A DNA stretch of 19,253 nucleotides from Meiothermus sp. (GTDB lineage Bacteria; Deinococcota; Deinococci; Deinococcales; Thermaceae), in NCBI GenBank assembly GCA_033762915.1, contig JANRLD010000034.1, positions 1 through 19,253 of the forward strand, written 5' to 3'. Positions within the stretch are counted from its first letter, which is position 1. The number at the start of each line of letters is the position of its first letter. Shown piece by piece: positions 9,412 through 17,000 of this stretch. The position numbers and the translations under genes were made by a program. The notes below the pieces were generated by a model. It ran no database searches. It was not told the origin of the DNA and saw nothing but the letters and a program-made list of their open reading frames with translations.

Positions 9412-9573
9412 AGGTTCAATTCTATCAGCGGCACCCGCAAGTTCTGTGCCCTCCGCAGTCCGGTTGTGCCAGGTTGAGTAGCTGCTATAGTGCTCGCGTT
9501 TTTGCCTCATCGCGTTGGGAGCGATGGCAGAAAGCACTTTGACAAACTCCGATTCACAGCGGCTTATCAGCTA

Positions 9574-9589
9574 TGTTTCCCGTGAAACA
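9574..9589. promoter_or_regulatory. parS: parS centromere-like ParB binding site
   Basis: TGTTTCCCGTGAAACA, a 15/16 match to the canonical TGTTTCACGTGAAACA, upstream of rsmG-parAB. Confidence 0.93.
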
Positions 9590-9692
9590 CAGGCCACCAA
9601 GAGCAACCCGCTAGGTCGAGTCCATCAAGCTGAGTAAGCCACCTAAAACAACGTGAAAAGTGCTGTCACAACGAGTTTAGGGCGGTTCCCAC

Positions 9693-9727
9693 GAAAACTC
9701 CCTACAGCAAAAACCGCTGTAGGGAGT
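9693..9727 (-). terminator. Intrinsic terminator of mnmG
   Basis: Perfect 12-bp inverted repeat ACTCCCTACAGC-7 nt-GCTGTAGGGAGT (9697-9727), followed by a short T-run on the minus strand. Confidence 0.75.
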
Positions 9728-9860
9728 ACATTGCCTTCCGCCGCGAGGGAGAGAATAGTCGGAAACGCGATAGGGCGCTGGCAACCAAAAAGAACGGGAC
9801 GCTACCTACCAACCACTCGAGAAAGACCACAAAGTACGAGAAACCCGGATCGCGGAAACC

Positions 9861-11690
9861 CTAGGCAGGTACTTTGGACAAAAAAACTAGAAGGGCAGTG
9901 ATGTCCGAGTCACGGATACCCGGGACCCTTGAGACCTCCGCCACCGATCGGGGCCTTATCCTCGAAAGCTTCTCCACGGCCTCCCTGGAAAGGCTATTAA
10001 TCCGGGTAAAGTCCGTACTCTCGGGCAACAAGTAACATTCCAGCTCTTTGAGCTTTTCCATCAGCCGCAACTGGCGGTCAATGTAGCCCGCGTACTTGGC
10101 CCGAATCTCGACCTGTTCAGCCTCAGCCTGAGTCAACAGCGGCCCAGCGTCGACCGTTCTCTCGAGTAGATCCGCGTAGGTGGTGTTGGTACGGCGCAAA
10201 AACTGCGCCCCAGAAACCCCGTCTACCCGAACCCGCTCGAGCCTCTGCAGTTCGGCCTCGACATGGGTGTACTTGGCCAAGGTGCTCTGCAGATCAGACT
10301 GCGAACGCAATCCCCAGCTCGCCGCCAAGGGGAGCATCCGCTCGTCGGCGTTGTCGGCACGGCAAATCAAGCGCAACTCAACCCTCGAGGTCATCATCCG
10401 GTAGGGCTCGTCTGTACCGCGGTGAACCAAGTCGTCCACCATCACCCCGATGTAGCCAGAAGCCCTGGGAAGCACAGCCTCGGGCAACCCCATCGCGTAT
10501 CGGGCCGCGTTAAGGCCCGCCAACAAGCCCTGGGCACCCGCCTCCTCGTAGCCCGAGGTTCCGTTCAACTGGCCCGCAGTGAACAGCCCCTTCAACTTAC
10601 GCGACTGCAGGCCTGGAGTCAGCTCCAGGGGGTTCACCGCATCGTACTCGACCGCGTAGGCGAAGCGCTGGATCACGGCCTTCTGAAAACCCGGGAGCGA
10701 CCGAACCATCTCGACCTGAAGCTCAGGCGGCAGGCTCGAGCTGAAGCCCTGCAGATACAGTTCAGAAGTATGCAGACCGTCGGGCTCGACAAAGAGCAGG
10801 TGCGTGTCCTTGTCGGCAAAACGAATCACCTTGTCCTCGATCGAAGGGCAGTAGCGCGGCCCCACGCCCTCGATATCGCCCCCGTAGAGAGGGGAGAGGT
10901 GAAGGTTCTCCTGTATAAGTCGATGGGTGAACTCGGTAGTGCGGGTCTGCCAGGTGGGTCGCGCAGTGGCGTTGGGACCGACCGTTCCGGAGAAGGTCTG
11001 GGCCGGACTGTCGGCGGGGACGGTCTCGAGCTGACCATAGTCCACTGATTCGGCCTGGATGCGGGGCGGAGTGCCGGTCTTAAAGCGCAAAAGGTCGTGG
11101 CCGATGGCCCGCAGGCTATCGGAAAGAAACCGTGCCGGGGGCTCACCCTGGCGCCCGGCCGGGCGGGACTGCCGACCGTACCAGACCACCCCCTGCAGAA
11201 AAGTACCGCTGGCCACGACCACCGCCTGCGCCGCAATTCTTCGACCGTCCACAGTCTCAACGCCGCGCAGCTCACCGCCCTCGAGCAAAGACGGGCCCAG
11301 TCTCGGCTCGACCCACAGGGCCGAGACCTCAGCCCGAATGCTCTCGATGTTGGGGTGGGCCAGCAGCATCCTTTGTGCCTCCAGTGCATAGGAGTCACGA
11401 TCCACCTGAACCCGTAGGCTCTGCACCGCCGGGCCCTTGGAGCGGTTAAGGACTCGAGTGTGAATCGCGGTAGCGTCGGCCAGCTTACCCATCAACCCAC
11501 CCAGCGCCTCGATCTCCGCAACGATCTGGCTCTTGCCGGGGCCGCCCACCGCAGGGTTACAGGGCATCAGGCCAATGCGCTCGGGATTGGAAGTCACCAG
11601 CCCGACCTTCGCTCCAACCTGGGCCGCCGCCCAGGAGGCTTCGATACCGGCGTGCCCGCCGCCGACCACAATCACATCGTAGAACTTCAT
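9861..11690 (-). CDS. mnmG: tRNA U34 5-carboxymethylaminomethyl modification enzyme MnmG (GidA)
   Basis: YDVIVVGGGHAG.EA, CNPAVGG, KTGTPPR, GPRYCPSIEDK, AGQLNGTSGYEEA and EPYRM.TSR motifs. Start ATG 11690 follows AGGAG; -10 TACAAT at 11711-11716. Confidence 0.98.
   Translation of the reverse strand: MKFYDVIVVGGGHAGIEASWAAAQVGAKVGLVTSNPERIGLMPCNPAVGGPGKSQIVAEIEALGGLMGKLADATAIHTRVLNRSKGPAVQSLRVQVDRDSYALEAQRMLLAHPNIESIRAEVSALWVEPRLGPSLLEGGELRGVETVDGRRIAAQAVVVASGTFLQGVVWYGRQSRPAGRQGEPPARFLSDSLRAIGHDLLRFKTGTPPRIQAESVDYGQLETVPADSPAQTFSGTVGPNATARPTWQTRTTEFTHRLIQENLHLSPLYGGDIEGVGPRYCPSIEDKVIRFADKDTHLLFVEPDGLHTSELYLQGFSSSLPPELQVEMVRSLPGFQKAVIQRFAYAVEYDAVNPLELTPGLQSRKLKGLFTAGQLNGTSGYEEAGAQGLLAGLNAARYAMGLPEAVLPRASGYIGVMVDDLVHRGTDEPYRMMTSRVELRLICRADNADERMLPLAASWGLRSQSDLQSTLAKYTHVEAELQRLERVRVDGVSGAQFLRRTNTTYADLLERTVDAGPLLTQAEAEQVEIRAKYAGYIDRQLRLMEKLKELECYLLPESTDFTRINSLSREAVEKLSRIRPRSVAEVSRVPGIRDSDITALLVFLSKVPA
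11280..11311. mobile_element. Candidate 27-bp palindromic mini-insertion within mnmG with CTCGA direct repeats
   Basis: CTCGA at 11280-11284 and 11307-11311 flanks a near-palindrome. Removing 27 nt turns LWVEPRLGPSLLEGGELRGV into LWVEGGELRGV. Confidence 0.55.
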
Positions 11691-11898
11691 CTCAAAACTC
11701 CTGACCTCGCATTGTAGCAAAGGAGGGGAGTGATGGGGAGCAGGGGAAAGGGGAGAACAACCCCAAGAAGAAGTCAGGTACAAAAACCAGAAAACCGAAG
11801 GAAAGAAGCGTAATCAGAAGAGTACCAACAAATCACAACTGTCTTTTGTCACGAAAAACATAACAAAAACACCTCACAACTATTGACCAGCACGAGAA

Positions 11899-11940
11899 TT
11901 ATCCACAGGGGATTGCAAGCCTGTGGATAAGTCATAGAAT
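11899..11940 (+). promoter_or_regulatory. dnaA promoter with two DnaA boxes
   Basis: TTGCAA (11913-11918)-16 nt-TAGAAT (11935-11940). Perfect boxes TTATCCACA at 11899-11907 and TGTGGATAA at 11922-11930. Confidence 0.8.
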
Positions 11941-12040
11941 AGCCAGAGCAAACAATCCTTCGGGCGCTCTGGCGGGCTGACACGAGGGGCACTGTTCGCC
12001 CCGCAGCGGGCGGGGCACGACAGCGTTTGGGAGGGCAGCC

Positions 12041-13363
12041 TTGACACAGCAGCAGACCATTTGGGCGAACGTACTGGAGTACCTCCGGGCGAGCATCACC
12101 GACACCGAGTACAACACCTGGTTCGAGAAAATCAAGCCGACCGGTGTGGTCAACGGCTCGCTGGAGCTGGGCGTGCCCAGCAGCTTCGCCAAGGACTATT
12201 TGCAGCGGCATTATGGCGAGTTAATCACCCAGGCCCTAAGCCGCTTGGGGGCGCAGACCCCGCGCTTCGAGTTTAAGGTGGTGCCGATTGACGTAGTGCA
12301 GGAGGACATATTCGCCGCCACCACTCCGCCCAAGGCACAAGACCCCCGTACCCGCCTCAACTCCAAGTACGTCTTCGAGAACTTCGTGGTAGGACAGAAC
12401 AACAACCTGGCCCATGCCGCGGCCCTGGCCGTGGCCGAGTCACCCGGAAACGCCTACAACCCCCTGTTCATCTATGGGGGCGTAGGGCTGGGCAAGACCC
12501 ACCTGATGCACGCAGTGGGGCACTCGGTGGCCAGCAGATTCCCCGACAAGCGCATCGAGTACGTCTCCACCGAGACCTTCACCAACGAGCTGATCAACGC
12601 CATCCGCGAAGATCGCATGACCGAGTTCCGCGACCGCTACCGCTCGGTGGATCTGCTCCTGGTAGACGACATCCAGTTCATCGCCGGAAAGGAGCGCACC
12701 CAGGAGGAGTTCTTCCACACCTTCAACGCGCTCTACGAGGCCCGTAAGCAGATCATCCTCTCGTCCGACCGCCCCCCCAAGGACATCCTGACCCTGGAGT
12801 CTCGGCTGCGCTCGAGATTCGAGTGGGGCTTAATCACCGACATCCAGTCGCCCGACCTCGAGACCAGGGTGGCGATCTTAAAGATGAACTCCGAGTACCG
12901 CAACATGCGGATACCCGACGAGGTGCTGGAGTATATCGCCCGCCAGGTCTCTTCCAACATCCGCGAACTCGAGGGAGCCCTCATGCGGGTAATCGCCTAC
13001 GCCTCCTTAAACGGGGTACAACTCTCCAAGGCCATCGCGGTCAAGGCCCTCTCGGACGTGTTCACCGCTACCGAAACCCCGGTCACCTCCGACGAGATCG
13101 TGAAGACCGTGGCGGAACACTACGGGCTGCGGCTCGAGGAGTTGCGCGGCGCGGGCCGCCGCAAGGAGGTGGTGATCCCCCGGCAGGTCGCCATGTACCT
13201 GATCCGGGAGATGACCCACGCCTCCTACCCCGAAATCGGGCAGTTCTTTGACGGGCGCGACCACACCACGGTCATGTACGCCATCGAGAAAATCCATCAG
13301 GCCATAGGAAACGACACCCAGTTACAGGCGGCGATCAAGGGGATTCGCGACAGGCTGAGGTAA
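12041..13363 (+). CDS. dnaA: Chromosomal replication initiator DnaA
   Basis: [52 protein letters not shown] and RDHTTV; TTG start after GGAGG. Confidence 0.99.
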   Translation: MTQQQTIWANVLEYLRASITDTEYNTWFEKIKPTGVVNGSLELGVPSSFAKDYLQRHYGELITQALSRLGAQTPRFEFKVVPIDVVQEDIFAATTPPKAQDPRTRLNSKYVFENFVVGQNNNLAHAAALAVAESPGNAYNPLFIYGGVGLGKTHLMHAVGHSVASRFPDKRIEYVSTETFTNELINAIREDRMTEFRDRYRSVDLLLVDDIQFIAGKERTQEEFFHTFNALYEARKQIILSSDRPPKDILTLESRLRSRFEWGLITDIQSPDLETRVAILKMNSEYRNMRIPDEVLEYIARQVSSNIRELEGALMRVIAYASLNGVQLSKAIAVKALSDVFTATETPVTSDEIVKTVAEHYGLRLEELRGAGRRKEVVIPRQVAMYLIREMTHASYPEIGQFFDGRDHTTVMYAIEKIHQAIGNDTQLQAAIKGIRDRLR

Positions 13364-13479
13364 GCGGGGAACAGGGGAGAGGGTAGGGGGGCCAGCACCT
13401 AACTTCCCGCGTGAGTATGGCCTGTATCCTTCGGATAGAGGCTCACCGACTCCCACCCCTCGCACTGGTCCGACTCTGC

Positions 13480-13872
13480 TGTGGATAATTCAGGACCCGT
13501 GTATAACAATTCACGGGTGCTCGAGATTTAAGAAAACCCGTCTAGAATTGCGCTCCGCAGTAATTGAATAACATAATTGAAACAGGTTTAACTGTGGATA
13601 AATTAATTCATCCTGTGGATAAGTCTGGGGATAAGGTGTGGATAACCCTGTGCACAAAATTGTGGATAAGTGCGTCATAGACGGGGCTGGGGATAAGTGC
13701 CAATTCTATACACAGGTTATCCACAGGTTATCCCCAATTATCCCCAGGCCTTATCCACAGGGCAAATTCGATGCCCATCGGAATTTAAGAGGCCTTATCC
13801 ACATATCCACAGGCCCTATTACTACTACTACTAATTGTTTAAATTTCTTAAAAGTACTAGTTTCTTGAATTA
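13480..13872. other. oriC: oriC: DnaA-box cluster, DnaA-trios and AT-rich unwinding element
   Basis: Perfect boxes start at 13480, 13593, 13614, 13637, 13661, 13717, 13751 and 13795. One-mismatch boxes start at 13498, 13626, 13649, 13688, 13706, 13728, 13738 and 13803. Trios occupy 13816-13833 and an AT-rich tract 13834-13872, all in the dnaA-dnaN intergenic region. Confidence 0.95.
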
Positions 13873-14230
13873 CAGACGGCATTCTCGAGCCCTCTAGTCG
13901 CCCGACAAACCCATCCGCCAAAAACAGTAAACGAACGTGCAAAGAAATTCGTCGGTAATTCAAAAAGGGAGTCGGGTATGCAACCTCAATTCACCGCCCT
14001 CAAACCCCCACAGGCCACCCACAACCCCCCGCCACCTCAAAACCGTAGTTGGGTATCAATTCACCCCATCAACCCCGTAAACGGGCATCTGGGAGGTTAG
14101 GAGGGGTCGGCGGGGTCAGCAGAGCCATCGAGTGCCAAAGGTGAGCCCTCCGGACTGCCAAGCACACCAACACCAGCGCCCCGGCAGCTCACCGCCTTGA
14201 CGATCCGTCGCCCTTCGCCCTCCTGCCCTT

Positions 14231-14259
14231 TTCACCTTTGTCACGCAGCCTGTTACAAT
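14231..14259 (+). promoter_or_regulatory. Probable dnaN promoter
   Basis: TTCACC-17 nt-TACAAT with an extended TG; GGAGG RBS at 14304-14308. Confidence 0.6.
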
Positions 14260-14315
14260 AACCAAGCCAATCGAGGGAATGACCCTGACCCCACGACCTT
14301 AACGGAGGCACCTGA

Positions 14316-15395
14316 GTGGAAGTCCGCATACCCAAAAAGACCCTGGCCGACGGGCTGGGCATTCTCGAGCGCATCATTCCCAGCCGCAGCTCCAACCCCA
14401 TCCTGACTTACCTGCCTATCGAGCTGTCCGACCGGGGCCTGATCCTGCGCGGCACCAACGGCGAGGTAGACATCGAGGTGAAGTTGCCCGCTGAAATTGT
14501 GGGCAAGGGCCAGGTGCTGGTTCCGGCACAAACCTTCTCACAGATCGTGCGCAGCGCGCCGGGCGAACTGGTAGAGCTGATCTTTAAAGAGAAGCTCGAG
14601 CTGCACTCCGGGGCATTCGACACCCAGCTCGCCACCACCTCGCCCGACGGTTACCCCGAGCTCAGCTTCGCCGAGGCCAGCGGCGAGCGCATCAGCGCCG
14701 GGCGACTGGCCCAGGCCATCACCCGCGTGCGCTACGCAGCCTCTACCGAGGAGTACCGGGCTATCTTCCGCGGGGTGCAACTCGAGATGAGCCCCACTGG
14801 CCTTCGCTCGGTGGCCTCCGACGGCTTCCGCTTGGCCCGCTACGATCTCCCGATGCAGCTCGAGACCCGCAAAGTGGTGATCCCCGCCCGCAGCGCCGAT
14901 GAAATTGTGCGGGTCTTCAAAGACAGCGGCGGAGAGGTGGCCTTCAGCTTCAAGGACGGCACCCTGACCCTGGTGGGCGATGCGGTGCGGATGGCGGTCA
15001 AGCTGATGGAAGGCGAGTTCCCCGATTACGCCCGGGTGATCCCCCAGAGCTTCGTGATGGAGGTAAATCTGGGCGCCGAGACCCTGCGCGAGAGCCTCAA
15101 GCGCGTGATGGTACTGTCCGATCGCAACAATCATCGGGTCAACCTGCTCTTCAGCCAGAACAGCCTGAACATCGACGCCGAGGGCGACTTCGGGCGGGGC
15201 ACCGAGCAGCTGGGCATCGAGTCTAGCGGCGAGCCCCAGCTGATGGTGGCCTACAACGCCCAGTACCTGATCGACGCCCTGGCTCCCATCGAAGGCGCAG
15301 TGCGGATCAAACTCTCCGGCGCGACCAGCCCCAGCATCGTGCAGGCCGTGGAGGACGCGGGCTATCTGGCGGTGGTGGTCCCGTTGAGGGTGTAA
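14316..15395 (+). CDS. dnaN: DNA polymerase III beta sliding clamp
   Basis: 359 aa with NPILT, SDGFRLA, KLMEGEFPDY.RVIP, YNAQYL.DAL and a C-terminal VVVPLRV; downstream of dnaA. Confidence 0.97.
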   Translation: MEVRIPKKTLADGLGILERIIPSRSSNPILTYLPIELSDRGLILRGTNGEVDIEVKLPAEIVGKGQVLVPAQTFSQIVRSAPGELVELIFKEKLELHSGAFDTQLATTSPDGYPELSFAEASGERISAGRLAQAITRVRYAASTEEYRAIFRGVQLEMSPTGLRSVASDGFRLARYDLPMQLETRKVVIPARSADEIVRVFKDSGGEVAFSFKDGTLTLVGDAVRMAVKLMEGEFPDYARVIPQSFVMEVNLGAETLRESLKRVMVLSDRNNHRVNLLFSQNSLNIDAEGDFGRGTEQLGIESSGEPQLMVAYNAQYLIDALAPIEGAVRIKLSGATSPSIVQAVEDAGYLAVVVPLRV

Positions 15396-15413
15396 GGAAG
15401 AGGGAAACCCCAA

Positions 15414-15441
15414 GGAAGTGAGGTCGAAAGACTTCACCTCC
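15414..15441 (+). terminator. GAAA-tetraloop hairpin after dnaN; possible terminator or stability hairpin
   Basis: GGAAGTGAGGTC-GAAA-GACTTCACCTCC; no U-tract. Confidence 0.45.
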
Positions 15442-15592
15442 CGACCAGTCTCGAGATACTGCCAACCCAACCGCTTGAGTAAAATCCGAGCGCCAAGACC
15501 TGCAAAAAATTACACCACTAAAACCGGGTAAACCCGCTCCGCGCCGCCTGTTTCAATTCTGACCTTGGGGTGTAAACTGGTGGACGGTGTGA

Positions 15593-16927
<1,335 letters not shown>

Positions 16928-16994
16928 TGTCGCAGATCTCGGGTCGCAGGTCGAAAGACGAACCCTGCTGACCTGAGACCTGAGGCCTGAGACA
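16928..16994. repeat. Inverted array of degenerate 7-nt tandem repeats
   Basis: Left arm T-GTCGCAG-ATCTCGG-GTCGCAG-GTC; right arm GAC-CTGAGAC-CTGAGGC-CTGAGAC-A is its approximate reverse complement. Confidence 0.65.
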
Positions 16995-17000
16995 CCAACT

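Noticed and set aside
9412..9537. N-terminal extension of rsmG (likewise mnmG 11691-11783 and csp 2340-2372)
   Set aside because: These lie outside the conserved domains, and the internal ATGs have better promoter or RBS support.
9645..9700. parS-like fragments ACGTGAAAA and GGTTCCCACGAAAAC, and ORF 9653-9901
   Set aside because: Only partial half-site matches; the ORF has no motifs and crosses a terminator and the mnmG end.
7927..9890. CTAGG excess as a specific signature of CCWGG methyl-cytosine deamination
   Set aside because: CTA codons also occur before non-G bases and three sites are stop codons, so general codon drift explains it.
13593..13811. Regularly spaced short repeats as a possible CRISPR array
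   Set aside because: The units are 9-bp DnaA boxes without spacer-length unique sequences, and there are no cas genes.
13638..13963. Short ORFs 13638-13868 (+) and 13751-13963 (-)
   Set aside because: They are translations of DnaA-box repeats and trios within oriC.
13878..14370. 13-nt repeat GGCATTCTCGAGC in the oriC flank and the start of dnaN
   Set aside because: It is built on the abundant CTCGAG core and could be chance.
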